Under the pieces are notes generated by a model. The model was not told the DNA's origin. It saw nothing but the letters and a program-made list of their open reading frames with translations, and ran no database searches. A DNA stretch of 64,000 nucleotides from assembly GCA_040954595.2 (NCBI GenBank), contig CM082586.2:11253337-11317336 (forward strand), read 5' to 3'. Within the stretch, counting starts at the first letter, position 1. The number at the start of each line of letters is the position of its first letter. Source of the stretch: Balanoglossus misakiensis. Lineage: Eukaryota; Animalia; Hemichordata. Shown here piece after piece: positions 51,804 through 64,000 of this stretch. The translations under genes were made by a program, and so were the position numbers.

Positions 51804-52812
51804 CAGCCATGTATGCATGTGTTTGTGTGTGTGTGTACATGTGTGTATGCATGTTACATGTATATATGGATGTATGTCTGCCCTGATCCAAAACATGAAA
51901 CCATGCTTTTTTATTTTGGTGTGTAGATGGGATTTTGCTGAAATGAAGTTGTCAATGCAAAAATACGCAAATAACCTGTGAAATATGTGGAATTGATCAA
52001 AACTCAACAACTGGTTAGACTGCTTTGAACATTTGTATGCATGTAGGTAATGTCATCATACCTGATATACTTTGAGTTTATATCGTGAATTGTCTATTTT
52101 TTATGCAATTATTTTGTCTTGTTTTACCATTTGAAAAAAAATCTTTTCCTCTTAAAGAGATTGGCTGATTTCTTTAGAATTTAGTATGACACTTCCGGTA
52201 GGTGATCTTAGTTGGTTTTGTTTAAATTGTCGCAGAATTTGTAATCTGTCATTTTTGGTCAAAATTCATTTTCTGAGAAACTCCTTAGATTGCTTTTAAA
52301 TTTTGGTATGCTTGTTCCAAGAGGTAACCCAAGTAATGTTGTATATCATTTTGGTGAAATTTACATATTGTGGTCTTGGGGCAATTTTTGCAATTTGTAT
52401 TCTTTGAAACTACTAGTCAGATTGCTTTCAAGTTTGGTAGGCGTGGTGATTGAAGTAGATATTATACAATTTGTTGATAGTTGGATAGATGTGGTTTGAG
52501 GCAGTTTTTGTCATTGTTGAATGTTGTTTTCCCTAAAATACTTGTCTGGTTCCTTTGAAATGTTCTTACAGTAGGTCATATCTGCTTGCCAATGTCACAT
52601 GATTTTTCCCATGAACACAGACATACCTAATTTTGTGTAATCCCCAGATGGGACCACAGTGTGTAATAACCTGACCAACAGTGACTAGTATATCCTGTGT
52701 GTTATACAGTACTTCTCACAAGGTTGAAGTACATGTAGACTGTTGATGATTTTTTGCGATTCTTCAGAAACTTACAATACAGAGTCTAATGTGGTAACGT
52801 CCATGGTCACAT

Positions 52813-54307
52813 TAGTCCTGTTTCAAAATGACCTACATTACACGTCCTATACACATGTATTGCATGTTTTGATTGGTTTATCCGCTTCTCTTAGGTCCAC
52901 TTGCGGCACGCTGATTGGAGGGACCTTGTAGGTTAGGTCTTATTATTATGTATTATTCACTAGACCTTGTAGGTTAGGTCTTATTACTATGCATTTTTCG
53001 CTTTACAGCTCCCTGATTGGTTAACGTGTCAGTCTGGTCCCCCATGTGTTCACTGCCTCATAATACAGGACCTTGTAGGTTAGGTCATATTAATATGTAT
53101 TTATTCACCATACAGCTCCCTGATTGGTTAACGTGTCAGTCTGGTCTCCCAGTGTTCACTGCCTCATTGTGAAATGTCCCATGTGCTTCCTGGCTAGCGT
53201 TGTGGTAACACATTATTCGGGATGTCCGCAGGTCATTCATTAATTTTCTGAGAAATAGCCTGACTGATACTATCTCCAACATAAACCGCACCCTGGAAAG
53301 ATTAAAATTTTTAGATGGACTTCGAAAATCTGATTAACACATCTAAGCATTTTTGCTAACAGTTGTATATTTTCTTAAATCACCCTCCTACTTCTCATCA
53401 TCAATATTATTATTGTTGTTTTACTATTTTAAAGTAAATTTGTTTTGACGTAGATGTTGTGAAAAGGAGTACGTTGTCCGTTTATACATTCGTATATTGT
53501 TTTCATAAAAATGGAACTATGACGGTGCAGCTTCGTGAAAGAAGTACAATAAAAGTAATCATACCTGTAAAGCAACTAATGAGGTATCCCAATTAAAGAA
53601 ATGCAATGCTATTCTAAACAGTTCTATTGTAAGATATTTTTGGTTTGCTCGAATGAATAGCACACACTTCGTATTCAGCCAGGTGTTACACGAAGTGATG
53701 CGCTGAAAAGCATTACGTAACAAAACACTAGCCCATTTCAACAAACCGCCACTGGAAATAAAATAAAAAAAATCTCCTGGCAATTTTTATTTCGAGTATC
53801 TAGTTCACAGTATCACAAAAAAATGCCATGAATAGTGAAGGAAAGGTTAAATCCAATCATTATATGAGTGCCTTTCTTTATACACTGGGATCGAGCTTCG
53901 ACAACGCGCAGGCAGCATGCCAGACAGAATACGACAACTGTATTCAGAAAGTACAAAAGACTTTGCATAACGAGGCAGTGAAAATTGGAGACCTACACAT
54001 TAACCAATCAGGGAGCTGAAAATTGAATAAATGCATGTTAATAAGACCTAACCTACAAGGTCCTGCATAATGAGGCAGTGAACACTGGAGGACCAGACCT
54101 ACACATTAACCAATCAGGGAGCTGTAAAGTGAATAATACATAGTAATAAGACCTAACCTACAAGGTCTAGTGAATAATACATAATAATAAGACCTAACAC
54201 ATAAGGTCCCTCCAATCACCGTGCCTCAAGTGGACCTAAGAATACCAGATGGACCAATCACAGATGTCGGTACATATGTCATGGACCTGACTTATGAAAC
54301 ATGACTA
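52813..54307. mobile_element. Non-autonomous fold-back-like DNA transposon with long modular TIRs
   Basis: Ends TAGTCCTGTTTCA / TGAAACATGACTA. Inverted arms at ~52870-53170 and ~53970-54260 are built of gaccttgtaggttaggtc sub-repeats. The empty site at ~40320 in the left arm is compatible with an ATT duplication. Confidence 0.8.
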
Positions 54308-57300
54308 TTCAGAACTACCTAGTCTATGCCCGGCAGTGTTCTGTCCGCTTTGCTTCCAAAACTAATGTCTGGCCTCACTCATGCCACTTGCCCAATAAAC
54401 TAATACCCCTTGCTGGGAATTATGATGTAACTAGCGTCGCTTTGAAGCCTATCACATTCCTGAACAGTGTTGATTTGGTGTAAGATTATAGTGAAGGCAG
54501 GGCTTATTACATTGAAAATGCTACCCAACCTTAATTACACGTATGTATATCCTTTGTCTAATCATTGGAAAAACAATGTACATGTACCAAAGACTAAGTA
54601 GCTATTTGAAGGTGAATCGCAAGTGGGCACTTTCATTACTTAACCTCAAGCAGTCGGTTAGCTACCGTATACTAAGACAAACATTCCTGGTGTAATTAAC
54701 ATCACTGTCATTAGTAATATCTATCTCCAATCAGTATCAGTTCTGCCTTTATGTTATTTTAAGTCAATTGTCAAGGTTCATGTACATATATTACAGCTTA
54801 ACTGTCTTGTCAAAAACTTACGCATGTACATGTACCTAATTCTAGGCTTACCTGTAGGGTTAGAGATACAGTGTTTTATATTAATATGCATTAATATGAA
54901 ACTAAAATTTGATGGTTAATTTAAGACCCCCCTGAGCAATGGTAACCTCGTTAAATATGTGCATATCTAATTCTAGGCTATTCAGCTGAAGTAGAAACCT
55001 GGACATGGACAACTTCGGGGTCAAAATCTTTTGACAAACATTTGTGTGATCTTGGGTAAACTTTGACCTACATTCCTATATTTTAGCATCCGGAGCAGAT
55101 ACAACCTTGACACTTGGAGTGATGGAACTATTTGATTGAGTATTATGTCTTGCCTCATTAATTATGTACTTACCTAATGCCAGCCTAACCAATAGGGCTG
55201 GAAGTCTGGCTTTTTGGACATGATAAATTTGAGATCAACATTTTTCTACAGCAGCCAGCCTTCTCTTAAAAAGAATGGACAATATAAAGGCTTTGATGGT
55301 ATACTGAACTTTTGACTCCCTCCCTGAGACTGTGTGCCAATGACGGGATAGCCTACTCAGCGTTGGGTAGATCCTAAGAAGGCCTCAGCCAGGCATCAAA
55401 TACAAAAAGCGGAAATCCAAGCTTTAATGGTGGGTTACATCGTTAACTTCCCTGCAGAGCTGATTTCTCAGACTGTGAGCCAATGACGGGTAAAGCCCCT
55501 AGGTAGGGGCCACCTAAGACAGGCCGGTCATGCTTTAATCACAAAGAAGGGCAAGTTTAGTCTTACCACAACTTTGTCTGCTGTATATGCTTCATTAAGA
55601 TTGCAGAGTATTTTGAGAATACATTGTGTTAAGGCAGTGTGACCAGCTAAAAAGTACTGGCAAACACAGCCAATGTGTAATGAAAAACATCTAATTTGGC
55701 TGAATAAAAGACATAAAACACAGCAAAAGCACTGTGACTAGCTGAGACATAATACTCCATTATGCAGTTCCATCACTCCAAGTGTCAAGGATGTATCTGT
55801 GCCGGATGCCAAGATATAGGAATGTAGGTCAAAGTTTACCCAAGAACACCCAACATTTTGTCAAAAGATTTTGACCCCAAAGTTGTCCATGTCCAGGTTT
55901 CTACCGCAACTGGATAGCCTAGAATTAGATATGTACATATTTAATGAGGTTACCATGGATCAAGGCAGTCCTAAGTAAACCATCAAATTTTTAAATTCAT
56001 GTTAATTCATGTTAATATAAAACGCTGTATCTCTAACCCACTGGTATGCCATTCTGTGTTTCATGCTACCCAATATGGGTAAGTAGGTAAAAAGTCACCC
56101 TAGGCCATTTGAAATTTTGCTGAAAAAATCTCGTCTCTTACATATGTACATTTGGTAAAAGGGAAATTTTAATCACGGAGTAGAACATATTCATAAAAAA
56201 TATTTGAGGGAAAGAAGGAAGTTTTTCATAGCTTTGGTGCGTCAAATAGTAGAGAGGTTCCCTTGTTATCCTTAGACTCAAACTCAGAGTTTCCAATCTT
56301 TCAGTATTTTCATGATATTACTTTCCATCTTAGATTTGTTCATCTAAACAAACTGACTGATAGGTATACATGAACATTTTATTGACTAATGAATGTGCCT
56401 GTATGTTGCAATTTAAAGAAGTCAGATATTAAACGAGCGCCACACCTGTTTTAATCAGCCTCCATATGGAGGGTACACATCGCAGAGAAATGACAAACCC
56501 CATGCAAATTCAAGTAATATGGCTCAATGGTGCTGATTTTAAAGGATAGGTGGATGATTTGAAAAATGTTATTGTGGAAAAAGATGTGTAAAATTTGGCA
56601 GCTTGTGAGGCTTTAATTGTAAAATCTTTGAAATGTGTTTTACTCTTTAGGTCCAATTTTGTATATGTCAATATACCATTGGGACCAATGTGAAATTGTT
56701 CTAAACTCAGAAACTCAAGAAGGTACTGGTCAGATTGCTTTAGAAATTGGTGTGTATTTATGTTATTGAGACTTTATACAGATTTTATTTTTCATTTTTG
56801 AAGTATATTTTGGGGTGATTTTGGTCGTCATATACTCAGAAACCTCTACCCACATTTTTTTTAAAATTTGGTTTGCATGTTCTTAGGTGTGATTTTATGA
56901 CAATTTAACAAACCCAGTGATGGAAGTGACAATATTGTTTTTTTTTTTTTGGCAATTACTGCCATTTTTGTCTGATTGCTTTGCAATTTAGTTTGCAGTT
57001 TCTAGGGAATTCTTACTGTGGTGCACAAAATTCACAAAGGTGATTTACTATCCTCATGCGCTTTGTTGAACTGGCACCCTGTTGCAAAACAGACATTACA
57101 ACACTCTTTGAATTGAATTCATAGCTACCAATTTTTCGGGGGTGTAGCACCTTTTTTATGCCTAAAACTTTGATCGAGAACTTCAAATTAAATGCACCCC
57201 TCCAAATATTTGCAATATTTCAGGTATAATGATTTAATTTTAAAGCATAAATTTTGATGTATTCATAATCATTAAGAGAAACACATTTTGAAAATAGAAT

Positions 57301-58509
57301 ATTAATCACACTAGCAGTCATAATACTTTTGAAACATCACTTAAGAACATATAGAAAAATTAAACAGGTGTTAATTATTTATATTTGAACGCAAAGCGTA
57401 AATTCCCTTGTGCCATGGAATTGACAATCTGCAACTGGTGGGGTCCTTCTGCCAGTAAAAAGCATCAGATAAATTCTGCATGCTCATCACCGAGGCAATT
57501 TAGGTGTACTTTTGTACTTTGAGAACTGTCGGTTTTCGCAACTGAAACTCTGTTCACAGGACAGAGGAAAAACTAGAATGACAACAGCTATGTAAGCTAA
57601 CAAAAGAAACACAGAGCATAGTTCTCCATACTCACATTTTGATGCAATAATTTTTGCTGAAACTGGGGCGTCCGTGGGCAGGCAAAGGCAGTTCTAACTC
57701 GACTTGCAAATAAGGCCCATGTCTCTTGTTCGCTGAGATTGTCTGGTTCTAATAATAGCTGTAAGAACTTGATCATTGACCGAACTGTTGGTTCAATTTT
57801 GCAACATTTTATGATTTCAAGCTGTGCAATATTTGCAACTCAGTTTCAACTTTGGTTGGAGGGATGATGATGAAGCCATTTCACTGACAAAATAGCGCTA
57901 CTGACTGATGTCAATGTTTGTTTACAGTCAAATGCATTGCCATCATAAAAATACATGTGAGAAATTTCCTATGTGTATGATACACACTTTTGTGCATGAC
58001 TGCAAACTCTGTTACAGTTGTGAAATTCTAAGGGTTGAATTCATTGGGTAGAATTCATGTTTTTTGGATTCTTAAACAACCAGTCACGAAAGCTAAGTGG
58101 TTACCTCAGAGAAACTGTGTTAAATTTGGTCATCAATTGCTTTAAATCACACAAGACATTCCCAGAGCTAAAGTTACTGCAGCAGTCAGTTTCAACTCAG
58201 CTTGCAAATTGGGATCATGTCTTGTGTTCATCGAGACTGTCTGTAGTCGAGTTGACAGTCCTATGGGGTCAATGATGAACCTACAAATGTTCTTTCCAAT
58301 GAAATTGTTATAAATCTAATATTCAGGATTTGCATTCATACCTTAAACAATATAACTGTATTGCAAATATGGCAACTCTTCTAAGTTGCATTGGAACACC
58401 TTCTCGCCACTGTTTGTGCCAAAATGGTGAATAAGCTTTCATTTTCAAGCCTTAACATAGGCACCCAAAACAAGACAACAGCATTGCAAATATGGCATTT
58501 TTTGTTCAA

Positions 58510-59170
58510 CTCTTCTCATTTGCATAGTCCAAAATGGCCGCCAAACTCCTCTAACATGTAAATTTCCTATGGTCGTCTTAAATAGTGTGTAGTATCGCAT
58601 TTGAAGGGTTTTCATCAATATGGGTACCTAAAACAATTTCAACGTGGTTGACATTGCAATGTTATACAGCTGTTCTAATTTGCATAATCTAGAATGGCCG
58701 ACAAACTTCTCTAACATGTAAATTTACTATGGTTGTCTTTAATAGTGTGTAATATCGCATTTGCAGGGTTTTCATCAATATGGGTACCTAAAACAATTTC
58801 AACGTCGTTGACATGGCAATATTAGACAGCTGTTCTAATTTGCATAATCCAAAATGGCCACCAAACTCTTCTTAAATGTAAATTTCCCTGTTTTGTCTTA
58901 TATGGTGCCTAAAATCGCATTTGCAGGGTTTTCATCAATATGGGTAACTAAAACAATTTCAGCGTGGTTGACATGGCAATATTAGACAACTGTTCTAATT
59001 TGCATAATCCAAATGGCCGACAAACTTCTCTAACATGTAAATTTCCCTGGTTTGTCTTATATGGTGTGTAATATCGCATTTTCACGGTTTTAATTAATAT
59101 GGGTACCTAAAACAATTTCAACGTGGTTGACATGGCAATATTAGACAACTGTTCTAATTTGCATAATTCG
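58510..59170. repeat. 160-bp tandem repeat (~4 copies; ~1.5 inverted copies at 32790-33020)
   Basis: gggta(c/a)ctaaaacaatttc occurs at 58622, 58782, 58942 and 59101. Confidence 0.92.
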
Positions 59171-59776
59171 AACACCTGCTGGATAATTTAATTTTTGCCC
59201 TTCTTGTCCCATGATTATATGTGTAATATCTCATTTTCAATGTGTTTACATGTATATATGCAGAATCCATTTCAAACTAAGTGGGCATATTGTAGCGCCA
59301 ATCTTATTTCTTAATCCGCACCACAGAACTGATGCAAGGTTTAGGACTGGAAATGTATGTGGCCACTGGCCGACACCCCGGGCGAGAGGTCTCCAATTAT
59401 TTTCAGCATGTAGTGTGCTTCCCGGTTGATAACATCAATATGTGTAAATGCCAAAAACCCGACCTATTGTAATACCAGTCAAATTTTCTTTGTCATTTAC
59501 CATTTTTCTCTTGCATATGAAGGTTTTTCTTAAAGAGTACATACCCATATACATTTGTATGGGAGCACACATCCCCACCCCCTGCCAACAATAATTGGAC
59601 AACTTTATTCTTCTTATACTTCTTTTTAGTCTAAACATTCATATAGAGAAGGCAACATGTTCTTGAAGCTGCTGACTATGGAAATATGATGAAGTACATT
59701 TTCCTAGTTGTACATGTACAGTATGATAGGCCCAATGTACCAATTGGAGATGTGTGCCTTACAGGCAACATACATG

Positions 59777-62700
59777 TAGCTCTGCATGGCCTGGTTAATC
59801 AATGTTGACGCAAAGGTTGACCCTACCAAACACTCAAAATTAATAGGCACGACACTGGCCACTAGCTCTGCATGGCCTGGTTAATCAATGTTGACGCAAA
59901 GGTTGACCCCACCAAACACTCAAAATTGATGGGCACGACACTGGCCACTAGCTCTGCATGGCCTGGTTAATCAATGTTGACGCAAAGGTTGACCCCACCA
60001 AACACTCAAAATTGATGGGCACGACACTGGCCACTAGCTCTGCATGGCCTGGTTAATCAATGTTGACGCAAAGGTTGACCCCACCAAACACTCAAAATTG
60101 ATGGGCACGACACTGGCCACTAGCTCTGCATGGCCTGGTTAATCAATGTTGACGCAAAGGTTGACCCCACCAAACACTCAAAATTGATGGGCACGACACT
60201 GGCCACTAGCTCTGCATGGCCTGGTTAATCAATGTTGACGCAAAGGTTGACCCCACCAAACACTCAAAATTGATGGGCACGACACTGGCCACTACAATGT
60301 AGCTCTGCATGGCCTGGTTAATCAATGTTGACGCAAAGGTTGACCCCACCAAACACTCAAAATTGATGGGCACGACACTGGCCACTAGCTCTGCATGGCC
60401 TGGTTAATCAATGTTGACGCAAAGGTTGACCCCACCAAACACTCAAAATTGATGGGCACGACACTGGCCACTACAATGTAGCTCTGCATGGCCTGGTTAA
60501 TCAATGTTGACGCAAAGGTTGACCTCACCAAACACTCAAAATTGATGGGCACGACACTGGCCACTAGCTCTGGCCTGGCTAATCAATGTTGACGCAAGGG
60601 TTGACCCCACCAAACACTCAAAATTAATGGGCGCGACACTGGCCACTAGCTCTGGCCTGGCTAATCAATGTTGACGCAAGGGTTGACCCCACCAAACACT
60701 CAAAATTGATGGGCACGACACTGGCCACTAGCTCTGGCGTGGCTAATCAAGGTTGACGCAAAGGTTGACCCCACCAAACACTCAAAATTGATGGGCGCGA
60801 CACTGGCCACTAGCTCTGGCGTGGCTAATCAAGGTTGACGCAAAGGTTGACCCCACCAAACACTCAAAATTGATGGGCACGACACTGGCCACTAGCTCTG
60901 GCCTGGCTAATCCAGGTTGACGCAAGGGTTAACCCCACCAAACACTCAAAATTAATGGGCGCGACACTGGCCACTAAGCTCTGGCCTGGCTAATCAATGT
61001 TGACGCAAGGGTTGACCCCACCAAACACTCAAAATTGATGGGCACGACACTGGCCACTAGCTCTGGCCTGGCTAATCAAGGTTGACGCAAGGGTTGACCC
61101 CACCAAACACTCAAAATTGATGGGCACGACACTGGCCACTAAGCTCTGGCCTGGTTAATCAATGTTGAAGCAAAGGTTGACCCCACCAAACACTCAAAAT
61201 TAATGGGAACGACACTGGCCACTAGCTCTGCATGGCCTGGTTAATCAATGTTGACGCAAAGGTTGACCCCACCAAACACTCAAAATTAATGGGCACGACA
61301 CTGGCCACTAGCTCTGGCCTGGCTAATCAAGGTTGACGCAAGGGTTAACCCCACCAAACACTCAAAATTAATGGGCGCGACACTGGCCACTAAGCTCTGG
61401 CCTGGCTAATCAATGTTGACGCAAGGGTTGACCCCACCAAACACTCAAAATTGATGGGCACGACACTGGCCACTAGCTCTGGCCTGGCTAATCAAGGTTG
61501 ACGCAAGGGTTGACCGGCTAGTTATACTTTGCGAAACAACGAAACAGCGAAACGAAACGACGAAACCATTATTAAAATAGGGGCCAGTCATCAAGACGGT
61601 GGCGTATGATTTTTTTAAAAGTTTCCAAATAAGTTCCTGGTCTGCGGCCTGGTACTAGTGGTTGCGCGCCAAAAAAGAATCCCGCCCCAAAAGGTCAATG
61701 TACGAGTATATTCACAGGGCTAAGGATTAGTTGAAACAAAGCAGTAGTGTCCGTAAGCTTTCGAGGGTCAAACACTGATGGGGGGTAAGAGTAGTAGATA
61801 TATATAGAAACACATGTAACTCACACAACACAGTATAATTGTCGAAATTTCTTTATTATCTTAATTGCAATTCATGCCTCCCCGCCTTGTGGTATTTAAG
61901 GAAATAGTGACAGTTGCTGCCGCATTTTGAGGTTTCGATCTTTTGTGGTTTCGTTGTGCGCGCGCGTATATTCACTGTGTATATGTAGCAGTTTGGCATG
62001 AATCGTTTGCGCGCACACGACGTCGACTCTACCGTACCACTACATAGTACCAGGCCGCAGACCAGGAACTGGCAACCCGCCGTTTGTTTCCAACGCCAAA
62101 TTTGATTCTAATGTTGAATTTCCGAGAAAACAATTTATCTGACCTTTAGTTTTCTTGGCTCGCTTACGTTTTAATTTGGAAACTTTTAAAAAAATCATAC
62201 GCCACCGTCTTGATGACTGGCCCCTATTTTAATAATGGTTTCGTCGTTTCGCTGTTTCGCAAAGTATAACTAGCCGGGTTGACCCCACCAAACACTCAAA
62301 ATTGATGGGCACGACACTGGCCACTAAGCTCTGGCCTGGTTAATCAATGTTGAAGCAAAGGTTGACCCCACCAAACACTCAAAATTAATGGGAACGACAC
62401 TGGCCACTAGCTCTGCATGGCCTGGTTAATCAATGTTGACGCAAAGGTTGACCCCACCAAACACTCAAAATTAATGGGCACGACACTGGCCACTAGCTCT
62501 GGCCTGGCTAATCAAGGTTGACGCAAGGGTTGACCCCACCAAACACTCAAAATTGATGGGCACGGCACTGGCCACTAGCTCTGGCCTGGCTAATCAATGT
62601 TGACGCAAGGGTTGACCCCACCAAACACTCAAAATTGATGGGCACGACACTGGCCACTAGCTCTGGCCTGGCTAATCAATGTTGACACAAGGGTTGACCC

Positions 62701-63919
62701 CACCAAACACTCAAAATTGATGGGCACGACACTGGCCACTAGCTCTGGCCTGGCTAATCAATGTTGACGCAAGGGTTGACCCCACCAAACACTCAAAATT
62801 GATGGGCGCGACACTGGCCACTAGCTCTGGCCTGGCTAATCAATGTTGACGCAAGGGTTGACCCCACCAAACACTCAAAATTTGTGGGCACGACACTGGC
62901 CACTAGCTCTGCCGTGGCTAATCAAGGTTGACGCAAAGGTTGACCCCACCAAACACTCAAAATTGATGGGCGCGACACTGGCCCCTAGCTCTGGCCTGGC
63001 TAATCCAGGTTGACACAAGGGTTAACCCCACCAAACACTCAAAATTAATGGGCGCGACACTGGCCACTAAGCTCTGGCCTGGCTAATCAATGTTGACGCA
63101 AGGGTTGACCCCACCAAACACTCATAATTGATGGGCACGACACTGGCCACTAGCTCTGGCCTGGCTAATCAAGGTTGACGCAAGGGTTGACCCCACCAAA
63201 CACTCAAAATTAATGGGCGCGACACTGGCCACTAAGCTCTGGCCTGGTTAATCAATGTTGAAGCAAAGGTTGACCCCACCAAACACTCAAAATTAATGGG
63301 AACGACACTGGCCACTAGCTCTGCATGGCCTGGTTTATCAATGTCGACGCAAAGGTTGACCCCACCAAACACTCAAAATTAATGGGCACGACACTGGCCA
63401 CTAGCTCTGCATGGCCTGGTTAATCAATGTTGACGCAAAGGTTGACCCCACCAAACACTCAAAATTAATGGGCACGACACTGGCCACTAGCTCTGCATGG
63501 CCTGGTTAATCAATGTTGACGCAAAGGTTGACCCCACCAAACACTCAAAATTAATGGGCACGACACTGGCTACTAGCTCTGCATGGCATGGTTAATCAAT
63601 GTTGACGCAAAGGTTGACCCCACCAAACACTCAAAATTAATGGGAACGACACTGGCCACTAGCTCTGCATGGCCTGGTTAATCAATGTTGACGCAAAGGT
63701 TGACCCCACCAAACACTAAAAATTAATGGCCACGACACTGGCCACTAGCTCTGCATGGCCTGGTTAATCAATGTTGACGCAAAGGTTGACCCCACCAAAC
63801 ACTCAAAATTAATGGGCACGACACTGGCCACTAGCTCTGCATGGCCTGGTTAATCAATGTTAACGCAAAGGTTGACCCCACCAAACACTCAAAATTAATG
63901 GGCACGACACTGGCCACTA
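59777..63919. repeat. 82/86-bp satellite array
   Basis: Monomer tagctct[gcat]ggcctggttaatcaatgttgacgcaaaggttgaccccaccaaacactcaaaattgatgggcacgacactggccac. The array is bounded by tacatgta on both sides. Confidence 0.97.
61516..62275. mobile_element. MULE/Mutator-like MITE, 760 bp
   Basis: ~100-115 bp TIRs start GGCTAGTTATACTTTGCGAAAC. Perfect 9-bp TSD GGGTTGACC at 61507-61515 and 62276-62284. An extra internal IR pairs ~61633-61658 with ~62045-62070. Confidence 0.9.
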
Positions 63920-64000
63920 CATGTATTTGTGATATTTTACATGGTTAACCACGCCTTGAGAAAAGTAATTATAAGAGAACTTTGTTTCCAAAGTTAGGGG

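Larger units (their letters stand above)
49591..59770 (-). repeat. Right arm of giant imperfect palindrome
   Basis: Reverse complement of 32110-43274 in colinear blocks, with private insertions. Confidence 0.92.

Noticed and set aside
59777-63919. CRISPR-like or tandem tRNA/5S array
   Set aside because: Monomers repeat in full with no spacers. I saw no cloverleaf, A/B boxes or 5S similarity.

Overview
Repeat-dominated animal genomic DNA. It is AT-rich, has GT-AG introns, Helentron-type HINEs and a Mag-type Ty3/Gypsy element; a marine invertebrate such as a hemichordate or echinoderm is only a guess. Layout: (1) 1-13.8 kb is a ~79-bp satellite with higher-order blocks, interrupted by a complete non-autonomous Helentron (HINE). 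(2) ~16-25 kb is a scrambled head-to-head locus. Its broken copies together reconstruct a spliced tandem OB-fold (RPA/HIN-like) gene, and its central promoter region is triplicated as a 2067-bp unit with a fold-back junction. Possible TBP-like, Zn-ribbon and TatD-associated remnants lie nearby. (3) 25852-30739 is a near-intact Ty3/Gypsy LTR retrotransposon on the minus strand with one gag frameshift. (4) ~32.1-59.8 kb is a ~27.7-kb imperfect palindrome whose arms are themselves inverted-repeat structures. Each arm has a near-identical ~240-bp non-coding core, the arms carry private MITE insertions, and the spacer holds a truncated pentraxin-domain gene. (5) 59.8-63.9 kb is an 82/86-bp satellite with a MULE-like MITE (9-bp TSD). 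No intact host gene was found. Identity figures are estimates by eye, and protein family calls come from motif recognition, not database searches.
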